A DNA stretch of 32,000 nucleotides from the NCBI RefSeq assembly GCF_003072485.1, contig NZ_CP025989.1, positions 150,001 to 182,000 of the forward strand. The letters are read 5' to 3'. Shown piece by piece: positions 1-9,831 of this stretch. The notes beneath the pieces were generated by a model. It saw nothing but the letters and a program-made list of their open reading frames with translations, searched no databases and was not told the origin of the DNA. The DNA is from Candidatus Fokinia solitaria. Its GTDB lineage: Bacteria > Pseudomonadota > Alphaproteobacteria > Rickettsiales > Midichloriaceae. Position 1 is the stretch's first letter; every line of letters begins with the position of its first letter. A program made the position numbers and the translations under genes.

Positions 1-34
1 GCAATACTAAACGCAGAAGGTAGTTAGAAAGAAG

Positions 35-493
35 ATGTTCGGAAATTTATTGATGTTCTTGAAGTTTATTCTTCTATATGATGTAGTAAAGGGCATAGCA
101 ATAGGTGTACTTTATTGCTTCAAGCCTAAAGTTACGATTCGATATCCGTTCGAAAGAAATCCAGTCGGCACGAAGATGAGAGGAGAGCACATGTTGCTGT
201 TATATGATAACGGAGAAGAGAGATGCATAGGCTGTAAATTGTGTGAAGCCATATGTCCAGCACAGGCAATTACAATGGCCACGACTCAACTCAGTAATGG
301 CACCAGATGTGCAACGCACTACGATATAGACATGACAAAGTGTATATATTGCGGATTATGCCAAGAAGCATGTCCTGTGTATGCAATAGTGGAAGGGCCA
401 AACTATGATTTCGCTAAGGAAACTCACGTAGAGTTGGTATATACAAAATCTAAGTTGTTAGATAATGGAAAGAGGTGGGAGAGAGTTCTGTAG
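35..493 (+). CDS. nuoI: NADH-quinone oxidoreductase subunit I (2x[4Fe-4S])
   Basis: 152-aa ORF with two CxxCxxCxxxCP clusters ([24 protein letters not shown]). NuoI-like N-terminal region (IRYPFE...RGEH). Purine-rich stretch lies just upstream of the ATG. Confidence 0.9.
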   Translation: MFGNLLMFLKFILLYDVVKGIAIGVLYCFKPKVTIRYPFERNPVGTKMRGEHMLLLYDNGEERCIGCKLCEAICPAQAITMATTQLSNGTRCATHYDIDMTKCIYCGLCQEACPVYAIVEGPNYDFAKETHVELVYTKSKLLDNGKRWERVL

Positions 494-1454
494 AAACAGG
501 ATAATTGCGGTAGTAACTGTGAATTCTTGCGAGTAATTTAGGATAGATGCATTCAAAATAAGCTTTACACGCGATCTGAAATTTGTACCAATCGCTGTTT
601 TGAAATTGAGAGATATCTTGCACAAATATCGTGTCATCAATGATTTCATGGTTGCTTATCTTTTTTATCCATTTCATTTCGTCGAAGTATTGTAGCTTTT
701 TACTATAGGTAAGTTCTATATATTTACGATATTCTTGTATTCTATATTTTATATTTGGTATTTGAAATGTACTACCAAGAAATTGCTGCAGCTGTCTCTT
801 GCTTTGTATATAATTAACTTTAGAGTGTTGTCTGAATTTCATATAATGCTTCAGAAGATATATTGCTGCTTCTATGAAAATAGCGTTATTATCCACGAGA
901 GGGTTCTTTAGCCTCGTATCATACCACACGGTATTTATCGAATCCGGAAGAGTAAATGCATCTAGATGCCCTATTTGAAGGTAAGATCGCGGAGGGTATA
1001 ATGCATTTATCTCATCTATTACTCCTGAAAAATTTTGATGTGCCCATGTATCAGCGTAAGCATGCGATGCTATGCCTATGTAGTAAGGATCTTTAGTCTC
1101 TAATCCTTTTATTAGCATTTTTTTTGCTAAGTTGGCATTCTTGGTAGTGCATAAAAAATTTTTCACTTGATCGCTTCTATTTATCGCTACTATCTGCGGA
1201 TTTCCAGGTACGAAGTGAAATGCAAGATATAATATAAGAGGCAATTGAGAAGGATTCATTATATTATTACTGCAGCTTACATGATTTGTGAAAAGCTTGA
1301 TATTTTTTCCTGCTTTTGCCAAGTAAACATTGTATTGAGTATGATTGTGATCAACATACTGTGCGCTATACGCTATTTTACAAGCATCTTTGAATGTGAA
1401 GCCTGCGGTAATAGCGACAATAAAGTTGACGTAGTAGTGAAATTCAAAATTCAT
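450..1454 (-). CDS. conserved-looking hypothetical protein with His-rich (metal-site-like) motifs
   Basis: 334-aa ORF with no signal peptide. Motifs: FHYY near the N-terminus, [27 protein letters not shown] cannot assign a family with certainty. Its 3-prime end overlaps the nuoI 3-prime end by 44 nt (convergent). Confidence 0.6.
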   Translation of the reverse strand: MNFEFHYYVNFIVAITAGFTFKDACKIAYSAQYVDHNHTQYNVYLAKAGKNIKLFTNHVSCSNNIMNPSQLPLILYLAFHFVPGNPQIVAINRSDQVKNFLCTTKNANLAKKMLIKGLETKDPYYIGIASHAYADTWAHQNFSGVIDEINALYPPRSYLQIGHLDAFTLPDSINTVWYDTRLKNPLVDNNAIFIEAAIYLLKHYMKFRQHSKVNYIQSKRQLQQFLGSTFQIPNIKYRIQEYRKYIELTYSKKLQYFDEMKWIKKISNHEIIDDTIFVQDISQFQNSDWYKFQIACKAYFECIYPKLLARIHSYYRNYPVSTELSPTSFHYLTT

Positions 1455-1523
1455 TTTCGATTTTAGCGTTTCCAGCTGTATGCATACATGCGTATTGTAA
1501 TCTGCGGAAGATGATCGACGATT

Positions 1524-2129
1524 TTATCGCTTCATCGCGATGTGTAGAAGTTGCGCCACGCTTATGCATATCAGTTTATGTTCTGATGCAAACTGAAACA
1601 CATCATTTCCTGCTAGTGGAAAGCCTTTTGCGTCCAGTACTTCACATCCTGCGCCTGCTTCATGCATATTTGCTAGCTGCATCAGAAAAACAATAGACTC
1701 TGTATGTCCTTTTCTCGTCTTTAGTCCTCCATCTCTAGCGATAATTGGAAAAATGTGTCCCGGAGTTTTAAATGAATGCGCGATAGATGTAGGATCTGCT
1801 AGTGCGTTGATAGTTTTAGCTCTTTCCATCGTAGAAATACCAGTAGTAGAGTCTATATGATCCACTGACATCGTAAAAGCAGTAAAATCATTGCTTCCTC
1901 TTACATCTTGTAACTTCAAGGAAAGTTTTGTTGCTATAGAGGCTGAAATTGCTACATATACAAGACCTCTACAATGAGTTACCATAAAATTGACGATTTC
2001 TGCTGTCGCCGCTTGTGCAGCTACTACAACATCGCATTCATTCTCTTTTTCAGCATCGTATAAGAGAATTGGTAGTCCATTTTGAAGTGCTTCTACAGCT
2101 TCCTTCACTTCATGATAGTCATGCTTCAT
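1524..2129 (-). CDS. ribB: 3,4-dihydroxy-2-butanone 4-phosphate synthase (monofunctional)
   Basis: 201 aa. DHBP-synthase signatures LPILLYDAEKENECDVV, TGISTMERA, PGHIFPI, GGLKTRKGHTE. The length leaves no room for a RibA domain. Confidence 0.88.
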   Translation of the reverse strand: MKHDYHEVKEAVEALQNGLPILLYDAEKENECDVVVAAQAATAEIVNFMVTHCRGLVYVAISASIATKLSLKLQDVRGSNDFTAFTMSVDHIDSTTGISTMERAKTINALADPTSIAHSFKTPGHIFPIIARDGGLKTRKGHTESIVFLMQLANMHEAGAGCEVLDAKGFPLAGNDVFQFASEHKLICISVAQLLHIAMKR

Positions 2130-2297
2130 TGTCGTACTACGTAGAATAATCTGTCGGTAGAGTGGTACATGCTATAATGAAAGTCAATCTAAACTTGAAA
2201 TGAATTAAAGTCCTATTTGCATAGGCCTCTCTTTTGCATCTGTTGATTTAGATTTATCGTATATTTTTACTTTTGAAGTGCTACAAAATTGACTAGA

Positions 2298-4130
2298 TCA
2301 TTGACATACATCACATTCATCATTGGTTGTATTTTTACGTGTTCCGATATTCATCTCGAGTTGCGTCATGCTGCTATTTTGCTCTGCATGAGAGATCTTC
2401 ACATTTTGAAGTGACCGAGATCTCAAATAGTAGAGAGATTTAATACCTAATTCCCATGCTCTTTTATGAAGGTTATGAAGGTAAGTTTTATCTACATCAG
2501 GTGGTAAGAAGAGATTTAAAGACTGCGCTTGACATATATATTGCTGTCTTTCTGCCGCTTGTTCTATCAAGCACATTTGATCTATTTCAAATGCAGTTTT
2601 GAAAATCTCTTTTTCTTCTTGTGATAGAAACGACAAATGCGCTACTGATCCATTATTTGCCATAATGGAAGTCCATACTTCCGGAAGATTCTGATCTTTT
2701 TCCTGTAATAATTTCGTAAGATTCTTATTCTGCACGTAGTGCGTACCGGATAATGTTTTATGCGCTATACAATTGGCTTGCCATGGCTCTATGCATGGTG
2801 ACGTATTACCGTTGAGGATAGAGATAGAAGCGGTAGGAGCTATGCCAGTGACGTGTACAAATCTTTTCATTACGCCAGCTTTTTGCGCATCAGGACAAGC
2901 GCCTCTCTGTTTAGCAATTTCCGTCGAAGCAATATCAGCTTTCTTTTTTATGTGAGAAAAGATTTCTTGATTGTATTTTTTAGCGAGTTCTGAGTTAAAA
3001 GGAATCCCCTTTTGTTGAAGAAAATCATGCCATCCCATTACTCCAAGGCTGAGACTGCGTTCTTGAGTAGCGGCATAGACAGCGTTTTTATGCCACTGAG
3101 AACCTTTGGCTGAGCCTATAAAATCCTCTACTACATTGTCGAGGAATAGTAATATGTCGTATATGAATCTGTCGTTGTCTTTCCATTTTTCATAATCTGC
3201 TAAATTCACAGAAGATAAGATACATACTGCAGTTCTTATTCTTTCATTGTAATCTTCACCTGTTGCAAGAACTATTTCGGTACATAAGTTTGAAAGCTTC
3301 ACTTCTAGTTGTAACTTCTTATAAATGTCAGGACGTTGCTTATTTACGTTATCTATGAAAATGATATACGGTACTCCTGTTTCTAGTCTACTTATAAGCA
3401 ATTGTATCCATATTTCGCGCGCTTTGACAGTTCGGATAATTTCTCCAGTGGCAGGGCTTCTAAGATGCCAGTCATCTCCGTTAATCATCGCTTTCATAAA
3501 AGCATCTGTTAACAGTACACCGTGGTAGAGATTGATAAATTTTCTGTGCAAATCTCCACTTCCTACTAATTTCTTCGCATCGATAAATTCTCTAATTTCC
3601 GGATGTGAATCTTGTAGATATGCTGCTGCGCTTCCTCTTCTAAGACTTCCTTGTGATACAGCAAGCACCGCTGAATCTGACATCTTTAAAAATGGCATTA
3701 TACCAGAAGTACGGCCTTTCCCGCTAATTCTTTCACCTATAGAACGGACATTACCCCAGTAAGTACCTATTCCTCCTCCTGCTGCTGAAAGCTTACCGTT
3801 CTCATGTATTGTATCGAGTATTCCATCTAAGCTATCCGGGACTTCATTTAGAAAGCATGAAACAGGATATCCTCTTGTAGTACCGCCGCTGGATAGTACG
3901 GGTGTAGGTGGAGAGAAATATCCTAAACTCATGTAATCGTATAATCTTTGCGCATGTTCGCTATCGGATGCGTAGTATGATGCGACTCTTGAATATAAAT
4001 CCTGTGGCGTTTCATTACCTATTAAATACCTATCTTTCATCACTGTACGGGAGAATTCTTGTAACCTCTCGTTACGTCGTAAGTCTATGCTGACATGAAA
4101 CTTGCGTTGCTTGAAAATGATATCGCTCAT
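2298..4130 (-). CDS. nrdA: ribonucleoside-diphosphate reductase alpha subunit (class I, short form)
   Basis: 610 aa. Motifs VSCFL, AAGGGIG, catalytic SNLCTEI, C-terminal Cys pair CDVCQ. No nrdB is adjacent in this window. Confidence 0.9.
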   Translation of the reverse strand: MSDIIFKQRKFHVSIDLRRNERLQEFSRTVMKDRYLIGNETPQDLYSRVASYYASDSEHAQRLYDYMSLGYFSPPTPVLSSGGTTRGYPVSCFLNEVPDSLDGILDTIHENGKLSAAGGGIGTYWGNVRSIGERISGKGRTSGIMPFLKMSDSAVLAVSQGSLRRGSAAAYLQDSHPEIREFIDAKKLVGSGDLHRKFINLYHGVLLTDAFMKAMINGDDWHLRSPATGEIIRTVKAREIWIQLLISRLETGVPYIIFIDNVNKQRPDIYKKLQLEVKLSNLCTEIVLATGEDYNERIRTAVCILSSVNLADYEKWKDNDRFIYDILLFLDNVVEDFIGSAKGSQWHKNAVYAATQERSLSLGVMGWHDFLQQKGIPFNSELAKKYNQEIFSHIKKKADIASTEIAKQRGACPDAQKAGVMKRFVHVTGIAPTASISILNGNTSPCIEPWQANCIAHKTLSGTHYVQNKNLTKLLQEKDQNLPEVWTSIMANNGSVAHLSFLSQEEKEIFKTAFEIDQMCLIEQAAERQQYICQAQSLNLFLPPDVDKTYLHNLHKRAWELGIKSLYYLRSRSLQNVKISHAEQNSSMTQLEMNIGTRKNTTNDECDVCQ

Positions 4131-4319
4131 GTGAAAGTTTCTCGGTAAATGTGTTGGAAGTATAGAGATGCGTCACAAAAAAAATACAAATAAAAACATA
4201 AATTTCAATGCGAAAAGATGCACTATAAAAAACACACAAATAAACACATACATTTATCATTGCTCGTGAGAGGCGTAATATCAGTTCTTAGTAGAGAAGT
4301 GTGATTTGAAGGAAGTTTA

Positions 4320-4396
<77 letters not shown>

Positions 4397-4481
4397 TAGC
4401 TGCACATCAAGAAGGATCATGCAGCGTAATACCTTGATTGTTACCTTATACTAATATAGATGTCAAGAAAGTGTGCGGAAG

Positions 4482-5690
4482 CTAAAATTTTTGATTTATG
4501 TCTTTTTCTGCCATAGGCTCTAATCCAAGCATTGCTCTTTTCTCATTAATAGTAATAAAGGTAGCTTTTTCTAATCTTTCCCATGTTGAATGCACTCTAT
4601 CTGCCATTGCACTTAAGAGAGTTGCATCATGCTTGAGTTGAAAGTTAGTAGTTTTCTTAATTAACCATTTGTTGAGGTGATGTACAGTATGCTGTACCAG
4701 CGGTATTACCGTTTGCTCGAGGAAAGAGATTCTAGCTTGTTCGAAATTATTATATTTATTTTCGCCCGGAAGTCCGAGTAACTGAGGAGGTACACCTAAT
4801 CCTATTGCAATTTCCCTTGCACTGCACATTTTAGATTCAAGAAAATCCATGTCTTGAGGAGAAAATCCAAGACTCTTTAATTCTAGTCCTCCTTCTAGTA
4901 GCAGCAATCTGCCAGCATTATCAGGACTTGTAAATGCATTTCGAATAGATTCTTGCAGTCTTTCAAATTCTTCTTGATTAACGTAATTTTGCAGTGTGAG
5001 TACAGCACTAGGGCGCGCACCATTTTGCAGTAGCGATTGATTCCAAATACTTGCTTGATTATGTTGATCGACACTGATAGCAATGGATTCAATAGATGAG
5101 AGTCCATACCAGTTAGATAATGGATTAAAGTTTTTGATATGTAGGATGTTAGACGTACCATCTTCTGCAACTGCATAGTCGCAGTATGAATTACCGATTG
5201 TGTGTCTGTACCCTGCACGTTTACCATCTTTTCCAGCTAAAACGTTAATCGCACTTGGACAAAGAAGTTCTAATGTCTGAAAATTCATGTTCTGATCATC
5301 GCTTTGTTTTCCAAGAACGAATGCATTTCCGCTAATAAGGCGGTAAGTATACAACGATTCTAGAAAATCTGTGCCGCTTTGTTCTGAGTTAGGATTTCTA
5401 AGTAATTCGAGAATTGGATGATTATGCAATAATATATCACCTTTATTTGATGCTTGATAAAGTTTTATTGGTATACTCGCTGCCGTATTTGCAATCATCT
5501 TGATTGCTCTATGTACTATTACGTTTTCTGTATATGCTTTTGCGAATTCTTCATATCGTCTGTTACTCCATACAGGCTTACCAAGCTGATATATATAAGA
5601 GGAGCCAGAAGGTTTAACATCGGATTTCATGTGTAACATTTTTGATATTCTTGACAGCATCGTATTTGTAGTTAAATTATTCTTGGACAC
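4482..5690 (-). CDS. phage portal protein, HK97 / GTA-like family (orphan)
   Basis: 402 aa. Portal-type core PLSNWYGLSSIESIAISVDQHNQASIWNQSLLQNGARPSAVLTL, FSPQDMDFLESK, and ENKYNNFEQARISFLEQTVIPL. No other phage-like gene is in the window. The exact start is uncertain (alternative Met codons at aa 11, 18, 21). Confidence 0.8.
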   Translation of the reverse strand: MSKNNLTTNTMLSRISKMLHMKSDVKPSGSSYIYQLGKPVWSNRRYEEFAKAYTENVIVHRAIKMIANTAASIPIKLYQASNKGDILLHNHPILELLRNPNSEQSGTDFLESLYTYRLISGNAFVLGKQSDDQNMNFQTLELLCPSAINVLAGKDGKRAGYRHTIGNSYCDYAVAEDGTSNILHIKNFNPLSNWYGLSSIESIAISVDQHNQASIWNQSLLQNGARPSAVLTLQNYVNQEEFERLQESIRNAFTSPDNAGRLLLLEGGLELKSLGFSPQDMDFLESKMCSAREIAIGLGVPPQLLGLPGENKYNNFEQARISFLEQTVIPLVQHTVHHLNKWLIKKTTNFQLKHDATLLSAMADRVHSTWERLEKATFITINEKRAMLGLEPMAEKDINQKF

Positions 5691-5762
5691 TCAGACTATG
5701 CTACAGGTGTGTAATGCGTGGTAGTAGCTTAGTTATGAAATATTATTTTTATTCGCAAAAAC

Positions 5763-6224
5763 ATGGAAAATAGCGATAAAGCAACCTCTTCCTTAGAGGG
5801 ACAACAGGTACCAGTGTTGGAAGTGCAATTTCAATTCTTAAAGGATTTATCATTTGAGAGTAATGGACACTACATTTCTTCTGAATCACCTATACAGCAG
5901 GATATTAGAGTATCATTTGATGTAAATGTAGTCGTGTTTGACGTTCGCAATACATATGACGTGGTGCTGAACTGTAAAGTAGAATCAATGTTCAAGGAGC
6001 AGTTAGTTTTCGTCGTGGAGTTGCAGTATTGCGCGAGAATTACGATAGCAGAGCACGTATCTGAGCAGGATAGAGAAATTATGTTATTCGTTACAACTCC
6101 TACTTTGTTATTTCCGTATGTGAGAAACATCGTTTCTGATGTTGCATGTCTTGGCTCTTATCCAGTGCTATTGTTAGCGCCGTTTGATTTCGCAGCATTA
6201 TATGCGCGAAAAAAGTCAGAATGA
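5763..6224 (+). CDS. secB: protein-export chaperone SecB
   Basis: 153 aa. Motifs LKDLSFE, VVELQYCARITI, and LLFPYVRNIVSDVACLGSYPVLLLAPFDFAALY, which is typical of the SecB C-terminal region. Confidence 0.88.
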   Translation: MENSDKATSSLEGQQVPVLEVQFQFLKDLSFESNGHYISSESPIQQDIRVSFDVNVVVFDVRNTYDVVLNCKVESMFKEQLVFVVELQYCARITIAEHVSEQDREIMLFVTTPTLLFPYVRNIVSDVACLGSYPVLLLAPFDFAALYARKKSE

Positions 6225-6234
6225 TGGCGCTATT

Positions 6235-6951
6235 ATGAATTTTGTCAGAACTTGCGTATTTTACTTTACACTATCCGTATGGACGTTTTTTATTACGGTG
6301 ATTTTCTCTCCAGTCTTCATTTCTACCGTTATTAGAAGAATAGTAAAACGGAAGATCGCTGTTATATGGGCGTTTGGAGTGATGATTCTTTTAAGGATAA
6401 TTTGCGGGGTAAGGTATCGTGTATTATGCGATAATGCTTCCGTAATCAGCGAAAAAAGAGTGCTTATTGCTTCAAAGCACGAATCGCCATGGGAGACGAT
6501 ATTTTTTTTCACTTTGTTCAAAGGACTATCATTTGTTGTAAAAGAGGAGTTACTTAAGATTCCATTCTATGGATGGTACTTAAAAGTGCTAGATATGGTG
6601 CCAATAAAGAGAAATGCAGGCATGGAAGCATTGCGAAAGATAGTAAAAAGTGCAGAAGGAAATTTAAAAGAAAGTGGAAGTTTTCTAATCTTTCCGGAAG
6701 GTACAAGAGTATCTCATGGCGTTGTTGCCGAGTGTAAACACGGTATATATGCGGTATATAAAAACATCACAGAAAAATTTGGAGACGTTCCATTGATACC
6801 AGTAGCTTTAGATTCAGGTAAGTTGTGGAAAAAAGAACGATTTAGTATCGAATCTGGTCTTATTACTGTGAGAGTGCATGATAAATTACCACAAAATCTA
6901 TCAAAAGAAGAATTTATGAAGACTTTACAAAGTAAAATAAATTCAATTTAA
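6235..6951 (+). CDS. plsC: 1-acyl-sn-glycerol-3-phosphate acyltransferase
   Basis: N-terminal TM helices, acyltransferase box KHESPWET, and FPEGTR. I moved the start to ATG 6235, just after the secB TGA at 6222-6224. The ORF-track start at 6184 would overlap secB by 41 nt. Confidence 0.82.
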   Translation: MNFVRTCVFYFTLSVWTFFITVIFSPVFISTVIRRIVKRKIAVIWAFGVMILLRIICGVRYRVLCDNASVISEKRVLIASKHESPWETIFFFTLFKGLSFVVKEELLKIPFYGWYLKVLDMVPIKRNAGMEALRKIVKSAEGNLKESGSFLIFPEGTRVSHGVVAECKHGIYAVYKNITEKFGDVPLIPVALDSGKLWKKERFSIESGLITVRVHDKLPQNLSKEEFMKTLQSKINSI

Positions 6952-7000
6952 TGTTCGATTTTCAGTAGATATATCATGCACTTCATATTGTTACTTCATG

Positions 7001-7378
7001 TTACTTACCTGATTTCGAATAAAGTGCAATCGCATTTCCCTCGCTATCTGTAATTATTGCTCTGAAGCCATAATCTCCGATACTTTCTATAGGTTTTAGA
7101 AGAGTGGAATCACTCTTTAACGCAGCTGCTACTGCTTCATTGAGAAAACCTTCAACATTTAAATATATTAATGCTCCATTCTTTGAAGGTTTTCTATCTT
7201 CCATTACAGCTAAACATCCAGAAACGTTGTCATTCACGTGAGGTAATAAGCCAAATTCTAAACCGTGTTCTGAAATTTTCTGAACTTTCTGATTTAAAAC
7301 TGCACTATAGAATGCAATTGCACGTTCGAGATTTTCGACTGGTATATCAATCCAGCATATAGTATGTTTTTCAGTCAT
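7001..7378 (-). CDS. VOC (glyoxalase/bleomycin-resistance/dioxygenase) family protein
   Basis: 125 aa. VOC-like layout: ICWIDIPVENLERAIAFYSAVL at the N-terminus and GFRAIITDSEGNAIALYS at the C-terminus. Confidence 0.7.
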   Translation of the reverse strand: MTEKHTICWIDIPVENLERAIAFYSAVLNQKVQKISEHGLEFGLLPHVNDNVSGCLAVMEDRKPSKNGALIYLNVEGFLNEAVAAALKSDSTLLKPIESIGDYGFRAIITDSEGNAIALYSKSGK

Positions 7379-7541
7379 ATATTGTAAAAAATGATATCAG
7401 TACAGTATTCTTTCCTTGTGTCAATGACAGAAACTCCTTTGCGGATACTTTATTTTGTATGCTACTATCTGTTAATACTGTCGTATTGTTTATGCACTGA
7501 AATCGGTATGACATTAGCAATTTTTTGATATAAAATTCATC

Positions 7542-8621
7542 ATGAGTATAAAGCGTATTACTTTGAAAGGGACGAAATACGAAATGGGATTTCAGTATGG
7601 CGCAGTATTGCAAGCTGAATTAAAAACCTCTCTTGGTATTATCAAAGAGTTTTTTATCGGTAAGCACCATTTCTCTAACGATGCGCTGTTAAACAAAACA
7701 AATGCATTTTATGAGAGATATCCGAGTTCGTTTCAAGATTTCATAAAAGGTGTTGCTAATGGTGCAGATCTCACTTTAGGCGATGCGAAGATATTGAATG
7801 GTATGGAAACTCTCAATTCTCTGATAGCTAACAGAAGCGAAATAAGCGCTTGTGCTTTTGTGGCAATACCTCCATTTAAAACTGGAGACTCTGTAATTAT
7901 AGGAAGAAATTATGATTTTCCTGCACCTTTTTCAAAGCTAGCGAAGTATTTACTTATCACAATCTTGCTAGAAGAGAATGCAATACCAACTGCCTTTATA
8001 GGAATGCCAGGTCAGATATACTGCTCTACTTGTATTAATCAAAATTCACTATTTGTAGAGTTTAATAATGCGACTCCATCTGGTGGAAAAGCTGTAAATC
8101 AAGAGAGAGAATCTTTACTTATAAGTCTGTTAAGCACGCTTCAGAGTAGCAGAAACTTGCTAGAATTGGATAGTAAGCTTCAGCAATTAGAATCTGACTA
8201 CTCTCTTGTTGTAAATGTGGCTGATAAAAAGTATGTCAGAGCGTATGAATATTCTTCATATTATGGAATGAAATCTTTTACTCCGGAGGAAAATAGTGTG
8301 TACGCCTCAACTAATTTCTATCTAAATAAGACATGGAATAGATCTGTCATTTCAGATGAAAATACTTGGTATGGTGTAACTAGAATGAATAATTTGTTGA
8401 ATCTTGCAAAAACTGCCGTTTCTGTATCTGATGTAATGAATATGCTGGATAGAAAATTATCCGATGGAGGTGCTACATGGAATTTGACTATATATCAGAT
8501 AATTTATGATGCTGGTGCATATAATCTACATATTAAAAGAACGCTAGAAGATGAAGAATGGGAATGTATCGATATGCATGAGTTGTTCGCTGATGTACCG
8601 CTTCATACTCAAGAATTATAA
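7542..8621 (+). CDS. C45-family peptidase / acyl-CoA:6-APA acyltransferase-like Ntn hydrolase
   Basis: 359 aa. N-terminal LKGTKYEMGFQYG. Candidate self-processing nucleophile Cys104 (EISA/CAFVA), at the position of the Gly-Cys cleavage site in isopenicillin-N acyltransferases. GRNYDF motif follows. Confidence 0.65.
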   Translation: MSIKRITLKGTKYEMGFQYGAVLQAELKTSLGIIKEFFIGKHHFSNDALLNKTNAFYERYPSSFQDFIKGVANGADLTLGDAKILNGMETLNSLIANRSEISACAFVAIPPFKTGDSVIIGRNYDFPAPFSKLAKYLLITILLEENAIPTAFIGMPGQIYCSTCINQNSLFVEFNNATPSGGKAVNQERESLLISLLSTLQSSRNLLELDSKLQQLESDYSLVVNVADKKYVRAYEYSSYYGMKSFTPEENSVYASTNFYLNKTWNRSVISDENTWYGVTRMNNLLNLAKTAVSVSDVMNMLDRKLSDGGATWNLTIYQIIYDAGAYNLHIKRTLEDEEWECIDMHELFADVPLHTQEL

Positions 8622-8634
8622 TTTGAAATTTATT

Positions 8635-9831
8635 ATGAGTATTAGAGTAATATTAGGCATTACGGGAAGTATTGCGGCTTATAAAGCTATAGATCTTGCT
8701 AAAATACTATGTCGTAGTTCTTGTGATGTACGAATAGTGCTATCGAAAACAGCGCATAATTTTGTTTCGATTTTAACGTTAAAATCTCTCTTTCCGAAAA
8801 AAGTATACGAGTATAGTGATACTATCGAGAATGGCGAGATGTTACACATATCACTTGCTAAAACATCCGATGTTGTGCTGATAGCGCCGGCTTCTGCGAA
8901 TACTATTTCCAAATTAGCAAATGGTGTCGCAGATTGCTTGCTTTCTACTTTATGTTTAGCTTCACGAAGCGCGATTGTGTGTGTACCCGCGATGAATGAA
9001 GGAATGTGGAAAAATGCCTTTGTGCAGAGAAATGTAGAGATATTGCAAAAAAATGGAGTTCACATATTAGGACCAGTCGATGGAGAGCAAGCATGCGGTA
9101 GCACAGGGATCGGTCGTATGGCTGACATTTCAGACATAGCGAGTTATATCATTCAATTACAGACTCCAAAGCTACTATTAAGTAAAAAAGTTGTTATAAC
9201 GGCAGGGCCTACAAGAGAAAAAATCGATCCAGTGCGCTTCTTGAGTAACTACAGTTCTGGTAAAATGGGGTATGCAATTGCAGAGGTAGCGCGAAATATG
9301 GGCGCAGATGTTACGTTAATTAGCGGCGTTACTTCATTAAATACACCACTTGGTATCAATTTTATTTCTGTAGATAGTGCTTCCGATATGTTAAATGCTG
9401 TAGATAAGGAAGTGCATAAAGCAGATATATACATTGGAGTTGCCGCAGTATCGGATTACAAGCCTGAATCATATTCAGCGCAAAAAATAAAGAAACAGGA
9501 TAATACGGATGTGATGAAGCTAAATTTGGAAAAAAACGTCGATATTATAAGATATATCAAAGAGAAATATCCAAAAATCTTCTGTGTAGGATTTGCAGCG
9601 GAAACGAATGATTTTGAAAAGTATGGTCTACAAAAGATAAAAAGCAAACATTTGGACGTTGTTGCTATTAATGATGTGTCGGATAATAAAGTCTTCAACA
9701 GTGATTGCAATGAGATACTATTACTCACGAAGAACGGACAGTCCTTTCACATACCGCATGCTACAAAAGATATTGTAGCTGCTGCATTATTGAAATATAT
9801 TAGTGCGCTTTCTGAGTTTTCTGCTCCGTAA
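8635..9831 (+). CDS. coaBC: bifunctional phosphopantothenoylcysteine decarboxylase / phosphopantothenate-cysteine ligase
   Basis: Start set at ATG 8635 (MSIRVILGITGSIAAYK), 13 nt after the upstream TAA. CoaC motifs GITGSIAAYK and PAMN. CoaB region ITAGPTREKIDPVRFLSNYSSGKMG. The ORF-track extension to 8551 overlaps the previous gene. Confidence 0.9.
   Translation: MSIRVILGITGSIAAYKAIDLAKILCRSSCDVRIVLSKTAHNFVSILTLKSLFPKKVYEYSDTIENGEMLHISLAKTSDVVLIAPASANTISKLANGVADCLLSTLCLASRSAIVCVPAMNEGMWKNAFVQRNVEILQKNGVHILGPVDGEQACGSTGIGRMADISDIASYIIQLQTPKLLLSKKVVITAGPTREKIDPVRFLSNYSSGKMGYAIAEVARNMGADVTLISGVTSLNTPLGINFISVDSASDMLNAVDKEVHKADIYIGVAAVSDYKPESYSAQKIKKQDNTDVMKLNLEKNVDIIRYIKEKYPKIFCVGFAAETNDFEKYGLQKIKSKHLDVVAINDVSDNKVFNSDCNEILLLTKNGQSFHIPHATKDIVAAALLKYISALSEFSAP

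Noticed and set aside
1478-1487. Perfect 10-nt palindrome GTATGCATAC between ribB and the hypothetical gene
   Set aside because: It is a single short palindrome with no repeat partner or known operator match. It is plausible by chance.
2130-2297. Looked for an FMN riboswitch upstream of ribB, and for NrdR boxes or a riboswitch upstream of nrdA (4131-4319)
   Set aside because: The leaders are AT-rich, without the conserved GC-rich FMN-element helices. Only a half-site-like cactata lacking a palindromic partner lies upstream of nrdA. A small hairpin (cctat-ttgc-atagg, about 2210-2223) is too weak to call.
4397-5762. Prophage boundaries (att-type direct repeat of the tRNA-Pro 3-prime end) around the portal gene
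   Set aside because: No copy of the tRNA 3-prime segment was found in 5691-5762 or 4397-4481. There is no integrase. I cannot call a mobile element.
8551-8634. Long 5-prime extensions in the ORF track: coaBC from 8551, hscA-like from 13776, tuf from 20332, plsC from 6184, dxr from 13246
   Set aside because: The extensions overlap upstream genes or add non-conserved residues ahead of canonical N-terminal motifs. Internal ATG starts fit better.
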